Shown here: in pieces, positions 1 to 9,752 of the stretch
Layout of the letters: every line of letters starts with the position of its first letter
Numbering within the stretch: position 1 is the stretch's first letter
Source: Leidyana gryllorum EB-2025a
Lineage: Eukaryota > Protista > Apicomplexa
Assembly: GCA_048772705.1 (NCBI GenBank)
Contig: JBLWGC010000066.1
Span: 1 to 40,502 of the forward strand
Reading direction: 5' to 3'
DNA length: 40,502 nt
Made by a program: the position numbers and the translations under genes
Notes under the pieces: generated by a model
The model's input: only the letters and a program-made list of their open reading frames with translations
What the model was told of the DNA's origin: nothing
Databases searched by the model: none

Positions 1-97
1 GGTTCAAGTCCCGACAGTGGAAGTCATCTAACTACTCGAGCAAAGTGCTTCACCAATCTCCGTTGATTGTGCTCTTTCGTCATACCGGCTCAACATC

Positions 98-170
98 GCC
101 TTCTTAGCTTAGGGGCGGAGCGTTCGCTTCGTCAGCGAGAAGATTCGCCGGTTCGACTCCGGCAGAAGGT
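98..170 (+). tRNA. tRNA-Thr(CGT), slightly degenerate
   Basis: GCCTTCT acceptor, TTCGC-TT-CGT-CA-GCGAG anticodon arm, GGTTCGACTCC. Confidence 0.75.
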
Positions 171-561
171 GCCCCGATGTATCGATAGGCTTAAGAGGCA
201 TGGCTGTCACCACGCGCAAGATTCCGTTAGATCGTGTTCTGCATCTCGTGGTCTAGTGGAAGAGTGGTCGCTCGCTGTGTGTGATTCCCCGACAGATGCA
301 AAACGATAGCCTCATGATGAGTTTGCTTGGGCGGTTTCCATTCCCGTCCATCGTATGACGTGGAGTGGAGAGGTTACGACCTTTACGACTTCCAGGATCA
401 CAAGAACGAAGCGCTACCGAGCTGCGTGACACTCCCTAGTGAAACTTCTCTCGATGCATCTCCTCCTGTCAAAAGGGTGCAATGGACGCCTGTATCAGTG
501 GTCCCAAACCATCCCCCGCTCCAGACTCATTACTTTTGTGGTCAGGAATGGAGGACGTCAC

Positions 562-635
562 GCATCTGTGGTCTAGTGGTAGAATGTCTCGTTGCCATTG
601 CACAATGACCCGGGGTTCGATTCCCGGCAGATGCA
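562..635 (+). pseudogene. tRNA-Gly(GCC), degenerate
   Basis: Copy of 4276-4346 with a disrupted anticodon stem. Confidence 0.75.
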
Positions 636-1137
636 ATAGGACACATGGTTGTTTTTCCACCATTCCAGAAATTCCGTCCCGCCTGGTAGTTGAGGAGTTG
701 CACTTCTTACAACGTAGTTCGTCTCGACACTCCTGTTCGCTTTCTTCCACCCTGATCGATGCTTCGCTAAATCATCCAGCCTCGCTCAAACATTGTCCGA
801 GCTCGTCTGGTGGTTAGGACAGTACGCTGTGGCCGTGCAAACCCAGGCTTGATTCCTGTCGCAGGAACCTCAAGTGCATCTCGCCTTCGCCCGGAATGTT
901 GAAGATAGTTGCAGCCATGGTCAAGTCTGCACGATCAGCTGCACCTGCCGGAACTCGAACCCCAATCGATGCGGGTGAAAGCTGCATATCCTAAGCGATC
1001 AACTTAGACTAAGTACGGCACGGATTTCGGGGTGGTCCAAGGTGCCACACTCGAGTTCCGGTAAGATTGCACGAGCTGGGTACCACTGATTTCCAAGACG
1101 GTACGGCTCTCGGCCGAAGCCTCAACTCAAGCACTTG

Positions 1138-1210
1138 TCCACTGTAGTCTAAGTGGCTAGGATATGCGGCTTTCACCCGCACGATCCGGGTTCGAGTCCC
1201 GGCAGGTGCA
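1138..1210 (+). pseudogene. Chimeric tRNA: Glu(TTC) 5' portion fused to Gly 3' end
   Basis: TCCACTG...TTC anticodon (Glu), but ends CCCGGCAGGTGCA (Gly 3' end) followed by the flank of Gly(CCC) seen at 37780-37813. Confidence 0.8.
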
Positions 1211-1288
1211 GCCGATCGTGCAGACTTGACCATGGCTGCAACGATATTTTCAACATTCCGGGGCGAAGAGCAATGCACTTAGACTGCT

Positions 1289-1360
1289 TGTCCGAGACAG
1301 GAATCGAGCCTGGGTTTGCACGGCCACAGCGTGCTGTCCTAACCACCAGACGACTCGGAC
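1289..1360 (-). tRNA. tRNA-His(GTG)
   Basis: GTCCGAG/CTCGGAC acceptor, GCACG-CT-GTG-GC-CGTGC arm; T-loop reads CTCGA. Confidence 0.75.
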
Positions 1361-1510
1361 AATCTTTGAGCGAGGCTGTAGATGTAGCGAAGCATCGATC
1401 AGGGTGGAAAGGAACAGGAGTGTCAGACGAACTACGTTGTAAGAAGTGCACTCCTCAACTCCCGGCGGGACGGAATTTCTGGAATGGTGGAAAAACAACC
1501 ATGTGTCCTC

Positions 1511-1581
1511 TGCATCTGCCGGGAATCGAACCCGGGTCGTCTCGATGGCAACGAGACATTCTACCACTAGACCACAGATGC
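1511..1581 (-). tRNA. tRNA-Gly(GCC)
   Basis: Intact cloverleaf, same sequence as 4276-4346. Confidence 0.93.
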
Positions 1582-1704
1582 GTGACGCCTCCATTCCTGA
1601 CCACAAAGTAATGAGTCTGGAGCGGGGGATGGTTTGGGGCCTTTGATACAGCATCCCCGTGCACCCTTTTGACAGGAGGAGATGCATCGAGAGAAGTTTC
1701 ACTA

Positions 1705-1777
1705 GGGAGTGTAGCGCAGTCGGTAGCGCTTAGTTCTCATAATCCTGAAGTCGAGAGGTCGATCCTCTCCACTCCCA
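1705..1777 (+). tRNA. tRNA-Met(CAT) elongator type, imperfect anticodon stem
   Basis: GGGAGTG/CACTCCC acceptor, CTCATAA loop. Confidence 0.7.
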
Positions 1778-1946
1778 CGGTCGGACGGAATCGAAACCGC
1801 CGACAAACTCATCATGCTATCGTTTTGCATCTGTCGGGAATCGCACACAGCGAGCGACTCTTCCACTAGACCACAGATGCAGAACACGATCTTGTGAATC
1901 TTGCGCGTGGTGACAGCCATTCCTCTTAAGCCTATCGATGCATCAA

Positions 1947-2018
1947 AGCCTTCTGCCGGAGTCGAACCGGCGACTTCTCGCTGACGAAGCGAACGCTCCG
2001 CCCCTAAGCTAAGAAGGC
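1947..2018 (-). tRNA. tRNA-Thr(CGT)
   Basis: Inverted copy of 98-170. Confidence 0.85.
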
Positions 2019-2093
2019 AATGTAAGCCGGGTATGACGAAAAAGCACTATCAACGGAGATTAGTGGAGCACTTTGCTCGAGTAGTTAAATGAC

Positions 2094-2166
2094 TTCCACT
2101 GTCGGGACTTGAACCCGGATCGTGCGGGTGAGAGCCGCATATCCTAGCCACTTAGACTACAGTGGA
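2094..2166 (-). tRNA. tRNA-Glu(CTC)
   Basis: TCCACTG/CAGTGGA acceptor, CT-CTC-AC loop. Confidence 0.88.
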
Positions 2167-2247
2167 CAACTTCTTCAGCTGCAGCTTTGGACGAAAGACG
2201 TACCATCTCGAGATGAGATGGAGCGTCAGGTCAACCGACAAGCAACG

Positions 2248-2319
2248 GGGCTGTTGTGGGAATCGAACCCAGGAGTTCTTCCACCAGAAGGAAGAATCAT
2301 ACCACTAGACCAAACAGCC
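2248..2319 (-). pseudogene. tRNA-Pro body with anticodon mutated to CTG
   Basis: Pro sequence as 11965-12036, but loop TT-CTG-GT and T-stem mismatches. Confidence 0.7.
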
Positions 2320-2452
2320 GCCTGTCGGTCGTGGAACCCGCTGAGTACAGTTGAGATAGTAGTCATACTATGTTGAGAACCAACAAATGCGATGGGGTCT
2401 GCACAACAAAATGGAAGGACTTTTGGGGTTTCAGGCCGGTGTGTTCGGAGTG

Positions 2453-2524
2453 TCCGAGATAGTATAGTGGTTAGTATTTCCGCCTGTCACGCGGAAGACC
2501 CGGGTTCGATTCCCGGTCTCGGAG
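2453..2524 (+). tRNA. tRNA-Asp(GTC)
   Basis: TCCGAGA/TCTCGGA acceptor, TCCGC-CT-GTC-AC-GCGGA, intact T arm. Confidence 0.93.
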
Positions 2525-2579
2525 CACAGTTGATCTCGCTTAAGATTGTCTTTTTTGGTGCCCGCTGAAAGTTGCGAGC

Positions 2580-2652
2580 TACAGCCACCGAGGATCGAAC
2601 TCGGGACCTTCTGCGTGTTAAGCAGACGTCGTGACCACTAGACCATGGCTGC
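2580..2652 (-). tRNA. tRNA-Val(AAC)
   Basis: GCAGCCA/TGGCTGT acceptor, TCTGC-TT-AAC-AC-GCAGA. Confidence 0.9.
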
Positions 2653-3048
2653 ACGGAGCTTTTGGCTGCGAAAGGGGCGTGTGTCTTTGGAAACACATAT
2701 TCGATGAGCCTGGTTTTTACGTACCGCCCTAAGTTGGACGGCCTAGAGTAGTCCAGACTCATCGCCTTGTATTCAGGAATGGAGGTGTCACGCATCTGTG
2801 GTCTAGGGGTAGACTGTGTCGTTCCCGCCGAGACGACCCAGGTCCGATTCGCGGCAGATGCAGAGGACATAGCACATGGCTTATTCACTAGAATTCTACT
2901 TCTACGCCGTTGAACTCCAGTGCCAATTAGACACGGGCGGACAGCTGTAGCACTCGCAGGGACGTATGTGACGGCGCAGCGCCGACTGGGCGTGGGTCCG
3001 AATCCCATTCTTGGTTGCGCCCCATACGAGAAGAACATATAGTCTGAT

Positions 3049-3120
3049 TGAGCCCAGAGTGATTCGAACACCCAACCTTCTGATCTGGAGTCAGACGCGC
3101 TACCGTTGCGCCATAGGCTC
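3049..3120 (-). tRNA. tRNA-Trp(CCA)
   Basis: TCTGA-CT-CCA-GA-TCAGA arm; GAGCCTA/TGGGCTC acceptor. Confidence 0.9.
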
Positions 3121-3201
3121 AAAACCATCTCCCGTTCCAAACTAATTGCCTTGTGGTCAGGAATGGAGGTCCAACATCTCCGATCGTTCCAAACCATCTT
3201 C

Positions 3202-3273
3202 TGGGCACGCGCGGAGTTGGACCACGGACTTGCTGATCTGCAGTCAGCTGCTCTACCACTGAGCTACGTACCC
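3202..3273 (-). tRNA. tRNA-Cys(GCA), T-loop variant
   Basis: GCTGA-CT-GCA-GA-TCAGC arm; B box degenerate. Confidence 0.7.
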
Positions 3274-3369
3274 ACAAACTACCCGTCATACTCGCTCAAC
3301 TCGATTCTGTCTTCTCATTTGAAGCAAAGCGGCCGTTATTGTGCACGAGCTTGAACAACAACGAGTCAT

Positions 3370-3440
3370 GCATCTGTGGTCTAGTGGTAGAATGTGTCGT
3401 TGCCACCGAGACGACCCAGGTTCGATTCCCGGCAGACGCA
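3370..3440 (+). tRNA. tRNA-Gly(GCC), a few mismatches
   Basis: Near copy of 4276-4346. Confidence 0.7.
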
Positions 3441-3710
3441 GGAGGCACGCCTCAAACAGCCGTGGCAGATTGACAGAGACGCTGACAAGCTTCGGCACGA
3501 GGCCCGATCAGGGGGCTGTTTGGTCTGCAGGTATGATTTTTCCTCGCTTGGAAGAACATTGCAACTGGGTCTTGTAGCTCAGTCGGCAAAGCGTGTAGCT
3601 GTTTACCACAAAGTCGCAGTTTCGAAGCCTAGCGGTGCCGGGAGCTGCGATATGCGACGCTCTGTTAGAGGTCTCTGTATTTAACTACCGGCAGGTCGCC
3701 CTACTGAGCT

Positions 3711-3783
3711 TGGACGACCTGGGTATGGATCCTAGTACCTCTCGCATGCAAAGCGAGCGCTCTACCATCTGAGCTAGCCGCCC
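3711..3783 (-). tRNA. tRNA-Ala(TGC), T-loop variant
   Basis: CTCGC-TT-TGC-AT-GCGAG arm. Confidence 0.7.
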
Positions 3784-3843
3784 ATCCGCTCTACATGGAA
3801 AATCTTCTGCATCCAGTGGCTGACCGAGCACCGATACAACGGC

Positions 3844-3923
3844 TGACAAGAGTGGGATTCGAACCCACGCCCTTTCGGACTGCGGCCTTAACACAGCGCC
3901 TTAGACCACTCGGCCATCTTACC
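3844..3923 (-). tRNA. tRNA-Leu(AAG)
   Basis: CTGTG-TT-AAG-GC-CGCAG arm, long variable arm TCCGAAAGGG. Confidence 0.88.
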
Positions 3924-4083
3924 GAAGTGTTCTTGGCTCGCCACTTTACACGTTTTCTGTCCGTGAAGTTCTCGAGAAGGAAGACTTCTGGGGTTGAAGA
4001 CGCGGAAGACGCGGGTTCGATGCCCTGTCTCGAAGACAGCACGTTTCCTCGCTTTGGGTGGAGCTCACTTCACATGTTCGAGC

Positions 4084-4155
4084 TACAGCCACCGTGGATC
4101 GAACTCGGGACCTTCTGCGTGTGAACAGACGTCGTAACCACTAGACCATGGCTGC
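4084..4155 (-). pseudogene. tRNA-Val(CAC), 1-nt deletion in anticodon stem
   Basis: Val body; TCTG-TT-CAC-AC-GCAGA. Confidence 0.7.
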
Positions 4156-4275
4156 GCGGAGCTTTCGGACTGTGAAAGGGGCGTGTGTCTCTGGAAACAG
4201 GTATCTGATGAGGGGCGAAAACCACGCAATGCTATGAGGTCTGCACAGCGGGCGACTAGCTCAACAAGATATTAT

Positions 4276-4346
4276 GCATCTGTGGTCTAGTGGTAGAATG
4301 TCTCGTTGCCATCGAGACGACCCGGGTTCGATTCCCGGCAGATGCA
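4276..4346 (+). tRNA. tRNA-Gly(GCC)
   Basis: Intact cloverleaf GCATCTG/CAGATGC, TCTCG-TT-GCC-AT-CGAGA. Confidence 0.95.
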
Positions 4347-4600
4347 GAAGACACAGTTGGTTTTCCCACCATTCCAGGGATTCACGCTTGAGTTGGTGTC
4401 TGACCTCCGATCACATCGCACGACAACTGCTGGATCTGCACCAGCCCGGCCCAGGCCCTGTAGAGATCAAATCTTCTCCCCTTCCCCACTCGGGCAAGTT
4501 GGCAACTGTCGAACTTAGTAACAGATTCCATCCGTATTCGTCGTAGAATGTTGGGGCTTCTTCGGGTCGAGGGCAACTCTGTATCACAGATCCACTGCCT

Positions 4601-4674
4601 TGGTCACGCCCGGGCTCGAACCGGGGACCTTGAGCTTATTAGGCTCACGCTCTAACCGACTGAGCTACGCGACC
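4601..4674 (-). tRNA. tRNA-Ile(AAT)
   Basis: TGAGC-CT-AAT-AA-GCTCA, intact arms. Confidence 0.95.
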
Positions 4675-4789
4675 GCCTCCGACGACAGATGGCACCGATT
4701 CACTTACTTGATGCCTCTGCGTCGCCACTGCAATCCTTATCATGTACTGCAGGTGTTTTGAGCCCAGCCTACTCGATGATCGCAGCACA

Positions 4790-4871
4790 CGACAACTGCT
4801 GGATTTGAACCAGCGCGGGCCAGGCCCAGTAGATTTCTAGTCTACCCCCTTAACCACTCGGGCAAGTTGCC
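4790..4871 (-). tRNA. tRNA-Ser(AGA)
   Basis: GTAGA-CT-AGA-AA-TCTAC, long variable arm GGGCCTGGCCC. Confidence 0.93.
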
Positions 4872-5102
4872 GCTGTCGAACTTGACATTTTGCGGCCAGT
4901 GGCTTCACATACGATTCAGCGAGCTTTACTAGGACTGCTCGCACCGCCCGAACCCGCGGTTCTCCCTTCAAAAGTCTTGTGCTCTACGACGGAGTTGGGG
5001 CGGCAAGAAAGCTCGGACTTGGTAACAAATTCCAGTCGTATTGATGGTGGAATCTTTCCGAGACGGTTCGGCTCTCGGCCGAAGCCTAAACTCGAGCACT
5101 TG

Positions 5103-5175
5103 TCCACTGTAGTCTAAGTGGCTAGGATATGCGGCTTTCACCCGCACGATCCGGGTTCAAGTCCCGGCAGTGGAA
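5103..5175 (+). tRNA. tRNA-Glu(TTC)
   Basis: Intact cloverleaf. Confidence 0.93.
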
Positions 5176-5251
5176 GTCATTAGAGTACTCGATCAAAGTG
5201 CTCTGATAACTTGCGTAAATAGGGACTGATGCGTGATTCCCGGCTTGCATT

Positions 5252-5323
5252 GCCTTCTTAGCTTAGGGGCAGAGCATTCGCTTAGTAAGCGAAAGGTCGC
5301 CGGTTCGATTCCGGCAGAAGGCT
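5252..5323 (+). tRNA. tRNA-Thr(AGT)
   Basis: TTCGC-TT-AGT-AA-GCGAA, intact. Confidence 0.93.
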
Positions 5324-5370
5324 TGCTCACGAGCCAATCTATCCTACAACTGTTCCCTTCTGCGCACACT

Positions 5371-5442
5371 TAGCAGTGCGTCGTTTCGATCGACGGACCT
5401 TTGGGTTATGAGCCCAACACTCTTCCACTGAGCTACACTGCT
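5371..5442 (-). tRNA. Initiator tRNA-Met(CAT)
   Basis: A1:T72 pair, GGG/CCC in the anticodon stem, GATCGAAA T-loop (A54/A60): eukaryotic initiator hallmarks. Confidence 0.93.
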
Positions 5443-6151
5443 TAGTCTGCAACATGTCAGAGGTAGCCGAAATGCGATTCTCGAGAGGTTAGTTGCGCTG
5501 ACTGCCCTACCGAAGTGGGCTAACGAGGTGGCTGTGTTGGTTCTGGGGCAACTTGTCCGATCGGGTCAACCGACGACCAAGAGGGCTGTTCTGGGAATCG
5601 AACCCAGGACTCCACCCTGAGGAGGGGCCATACCACTAGACCAAACAGCCGACTGATCGGTGGTGCAAATTGCTGGTAGAGTCGGGAGACTGGTCATAAC
5701 ATGTCAAGAACCACTAAATGCTATGGGGTGTGCAGGGTTACAGGCTGGCAAAGTCAGGCGCCACATTGAGGCCGACCGCGTGCATACTCAGACCTTGAGC
5801 ACTCGGGCCAGTTGCCATCTGTCGAGCTCGGCATTTTGCGGCCAGCGGCTTCACATACGGTTTGGCAAGACTGGCTCGCACATGCGGTGGGTCACTCATC
5901 TTCACCGCGCTCCATGACTTTCTCCCGCGTAGCAAGCTCAGTTAGAGAGCGCTTGGAAGTTCCGTGTTCGATCCGCCGACGAGGCAAAGAGGTCGTCACA
6001 TCGAGTATCAGAATGCGCCGCGTCCGTGCCGCCCCGAGGTTGCCAGCGACATGTCTTACTCGCTGCACTTTTTAACAACGGTTTGGGGGAGGTTTTGAGA
6101 TCAAATACTCCTTTCACCCAACCAGTATCGAGATGACCGAAGCTTATCCAT

Positions 6152-6224
6152 AGTGCAGTGGCCTGATGGATAGGGCATCGGTCTTCGGAACCGGGAGTTG
6201 TGGGTTCGAGTCCCATCCGCACCA
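6152..6224 (+). tRNA. tRNA-Arg(TCG), acceptor mismatches
   Basis: TCGGT-CT-TCG-GA-ACCGG arm. Confidence 0.7.
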
Positions 6225-6447
6225 CAGCCTCTCACTCGGAATCCGTTCCGTTTTGGCCGAGGCAAGCTTGCTAGCTGTATGGGGAGCCACTGCCGCCCAT
6301 GTCGAGTTGAAGTGCTAGTGGTATATTCTTCCCTCGCCTGGGGGAGTGTTCGATTCGATTCCCGAACAGTCCGTTTTTTGTAGGTTGCAGACAGCTCGAC
6401 GCAGAAATCGCCCGAATCTCTCGGGGTGCTGCGGCTCTTTCGCAATT

Positions 6448-6518
6448 GCACTTGTGGTCTAAGGGTAAGATGCGACCCTTCCAAGGTCGTAACCCGGGTT
6501 CGAGTCCCGGCAGGTGCA
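6448..6518 (+). tRNA. tRNA-Gly(TCC)
   Basis: CGACC-CT-TCC-AA-GGTCG, intact. Confidence 0.9.
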
Positions 6519-6797
6519 GCCGTATGTAGCTTGAACGACGGTCTATCAGTGAACTTAGGGGACCGACTGCCTATTCAACGGCTGACAAGAGTGGGATTCG
6601 AACCAACGCCCATTCGGACCGCGGCTTGCGCACGTGCCCTCAGACCACTCGGCCATGTTGCCAGCTCGGTGACGCTCCCGCCAACCACGCGTTTCCTCTC
6701 TGTGGAAGCAGATCCGGGGTGCTCCGCGGTGCCAAACTCGAGTTCCGGTAAGATTGGACGACCTACCCATGCGCAGCGAGCGCTTTACCGTTCGGGC

Positions 6798-6877
6798 TGA
6801 CAAGAGTGGGATTCGAACCCACGCCCTTTCGGACTGCGGCCTGAACACAGCGCCTTAGACCACTCGGCCATCTTGCC
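6798..6877 (-). tRNA. tRNA-Leu(CAG)
   Basis: CTGTG-TT-CAG-GC-CGCAG, intact. Confidence 0.92.
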
Positions 6878-6970
6878 GCAGTCTTGTTGGTTCGTCGCTC
6901 CATCGCGGTTTTTTGTCCGTGAGCCGAAATAGAAAGACTTCTGGGATTGGCGACCAGCGTGTTCCGGGCG

Positions 6971-7042
6971 TCCGAGTTAGTATAGTGGTTAGTGTCGCCG
7001 CCTGCCACGCGGAACACTCGGGATCGATTCCCGGTCTCGAAA
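6971..7042 (+). pseudogene. tRNA-Asp body with anticodon GCC
   Basis: Asp sequence with several substitutions, including GTC>GCC. Confidence 0.7.
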
Positions 7043-7097
7043 CGCAGGTGGTTTTGCCAAAGATTCTCTCCTTTGGTTCTCGCTGAAAGTTGCGAGC

Positions 7098-7170
7098 TAC
7101 AGCCACCGAGGATCGAACTCGGGACCTTCTGCGTGCAAAGCAGACGCCGTAACCACTAGACCATTGCTGC
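7098..7170 (-). pseudogene. tRNA-Val body with anticodon TGC
   Basis: Val sequence, loop TT-TGC-AC. Confidence 0.7.
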
Positions 7171-7234
7171 ACGGATGGTCCCCGCAGCCCAAGAGAAGTG
7201 GCGAAATTTGAAGGAGTACGGAGGACCAGTGCCA

Positions 7235-7306
7235 AGGTCGCGCCGGGAATCGAACCCAGGTCGGGAGATTCAAAGTCTCCAGTGCTAACCACTACACCAC
7301 GCAACC
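7235..7306 (-). tRNA. tRNA-Gln(TTG)
   Basis: GGAGA-CT-TTG-AA-TCTCC, intact. Confidence 0.92.
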
Positions 7307-7464
7307 GGTTCAGCCCATCCCAAAAGAGGCGGTAGAGCCATCCGGACTAGCGCTCCGTCAACTGGACACATGCAACACGCGACTGGCAGGTTCCAAACCT
7401 GCGACTTCGTGACTACGATGATTGGAGTTGCGATAAGCTTGCAGGTGCCCATTCGATGCAGTCG

Positions 7465-7536
7465 AGCCTTCTGCCGGAATCGAACCGGCGACCTTTCGCT
7501 TACTAAGCGAATGCTCTGCCCCTAAGCTAAGACGGC
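7465..7536 (-). tRNA. tRNA-Thr(AGT)
   Basis: Copy of 5252-5323 with one acceptor change. Confidence 0.82.
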
Positions 7537-7612
7537 AATGCAAGCCAAAGATCACGAATCAGTCACTATTGACGGAGGTTACTGGAGCACTTTGCTCGAA
7601 TGGTCCAATGAC

Positions 7613-7685
7613 TTCCACTGCCGGGACTTGAACCCGGATCGTGCGGGTGAAAGCCGCATAACCTAGCCACTTAGACTACAGTGGA
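7613..7685 (-). tRNA. tRNA-Glu(TTC)
   Basis: Near-identical to 5103-5175. Confidence 0.88.
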
Positions 7686-7877
7686 CAACTCAATCAGCTG
7701 CAGCTTTAGCCAAAGAGCGTACCATCTCGAGATGAGATTTTTTGCACTTACCCAGATTTGAAGCCGCCTCGTATCCAGCCCGGGTCGTCTCAATGGCACG
7801 GAAACACTCGAGCCCTTGACCGCATTTATTTCCAGTCCCAATGGCCTCACTCACTCTTTTGAATCTTGGTCGTGAAT

Positions 7878-7949
7878 GGTTCCGTGTTGTAGTGGTTAGC
7901 ACTGGAGACTTTGAATCTCCCGACCTGGGTTCGATTCCCGGCGCGACCT
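7878..7949 (+). tRNA. tRNA-Gln(TTG)
   Basis: Inverted copy of 7235-7306 with 2 changes. Confidence 0.78.
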
Positions 7950-8248
7950 CGCAACTAGTCATCACTACGTCTTGAAACTTCGCAACTTCTCTTGGTCTGC
8001 GGAAAGCTCTCGCATGCAGCCATGGTCTAGTGGTTACGACGTCTGTTAACACGCAGAAGGTCCCGAGTTCGATCCTCGGTGGCTGTAGCTCGAACATGTG
8101 AAGTGAGCTCCACCCAAAGCGAGGAAACGTGCTGTCTTCGAGACAGGGCATCGAAACCCGCGTCTTCCGCGTCTTCAACCCTAGAAGTCTTCCTTCTCGA
8201 GAACTTCACGGACAGAAAACGTGTAAAGTGGCGAGCCAAGAACACTTC

Positions 8249-8328
8249 GGTAAGATGGCCGAGTGGTCTAAGGCGCTGTGTTAAGGCCGCAGTCCGAAAG
8301 GGCGTGGGTTCGAATCCCACTCTTGTCA
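8249..8328 (+). tRNA. tRNA-Leu(AAG)
   Basis: Inverted copy of 3844-3923. Confidence 0.88.
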
Positions 8329-8479
8329 GGCGTTGTAGTCAGGACAACCTGCGACTTCATCCCAGCATGCCCCCACGATGCGCGCGGGACAGCCCGCCGT
8401 GCACGTGGCACCCGGCTAACTTTTGTCGATACAATTGCCACATGATTATGCCCAGCTAAGTTGCCTTCTTAACTTAGGG

Positions 8480-9032
8480 GTGGGAACGTGCCAGACCAGT
8501 TGAGGTGGCACGAGGTCACGTGTTGGGAACATCTGGGGGGGAAGAAAGCGAGCGCGAGCGAGAGAGGGCTTTTTGGATCTGAGAACAAAAATAACAGTCC
8601 AAGTCCCACGTCTTGCACACCAAATCTTGGGAAAAGTGGCTCGTTTGGGCTGCTATCTGTTGCTTGCGAGCCGCACGAGAGCTAAATTAAGGAGTCTGAC
8701 GACCCTTACATCTCGATGGGAGGCTAGCTTGCTGTAGCGAACGAGCCAATTGAAGTTCGGGAAGTCTCATTTTTGCAAAAATCAGGCCTTCTCGTGTCTC
8801 AGAGAGCTCGAGAGAGTCGCCTATCTCCTATTCTAGCGGTGAGATTTCGCCTAAAATCTGGCTGCTAACTAATCAGGCCACTACTATTCCTAAGGTAAGC
8901 GAGAGAGCTAGTCTAAAGCTCTAATCAAATTCCTATTTCACTAAAAGTCGTTTCTGTTACCCCCTAAGAACCCCCCAAAAAAACCTACGGTAATGGTCGG
9001 GCTCACCCTTGCGGGTTTCGCCGACCTGCACA
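8480..9032. mobile_element. Truncated copy of the right end of the 17709-20763 insertion
   Basis: Matches 20318-20763 plus ~110 extra bp at ~8811-8921; abuts a truncated tRNA-Thr on the left and a tRNA-Met 5' remnant on the right. Confidence 0.8.
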
Positions 9033-9678
9033 ACTGCGCCACACTCCCTAGTGAAAGTTCTCTCGATGCATCTCCTCCTGTCAAAAGGGTGCACATGATG
9101 TTGTATCCACAACACACCCGCCTAGTCGGGCCGGGGCTCAACCTCGAACTTGGACTTATCAGGCTCACCATTAAAGTGACCGAAAATACGCAGAGTTGAG
9201 GTAAACAATCACTGGACCAAGTAGCCGACTGATGCGCGCAGCAAAGCACCATGATTGGCCTCGTCCACCCGGCCGAACACTTATTTCAAAGCCTAATACT
9301 GACATGGAGTAGGGGTTGTACCCACACCACTCACAACTCGCATTCGGGAATTTCAAGGGGAACGTGTGATCACGTTGCAACTCTGAGCAAGGTGGCAGAG
9401 CGTTCGAGGCGGCGGCTTGCTAAGCCGTTGGGTCTCACTGACGCGAGTTCAAATCTCACCATTGTCCGTGGCACTCGGGGAGAGCGCAACTGCTTCAATC
9501 GATTGAACTGAGGCTCCACCTCAGATCTCCAATAGTGGCATCTTGCCAGCTCTTAAGCTCAGAAATGGACTCAGATTCCGGGGTGGTCCAAGGTGACATT
9601 CTGGATATCGATCCAATAGCGCGGCAAGACAGAGGCAAAAAGGTTCTCGAACCGGTGCCAAGTGGTCGTCGCAGAAGT

Positions 9679-9752
9679 GGTCGCGTAGCTCAGTCGGTTA
9701 GAGCGTGAGCCTAATAAGCTCAAAGTCCCCGGTTCGAGCCCGGGCGTGACCA
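9679..9752 (+). tRNA. tRNA-Ile(AAT)
   Basis: Near-identical to 4601-4674. Confidence 0.9.

Noticed and set aside
9170-9380. Conserved ~200 bp spacer (also 20900-21100 and 35370-35550) as a candidate SRP or snRNA gene
   Set aside because: No Sm site, SRP helix-8 or U1/U2/U4 motif; contains a tRNA-Pro 5' remnant (ACTGGACCAAACAGCC) and adjoins an Ile-like pseudogene
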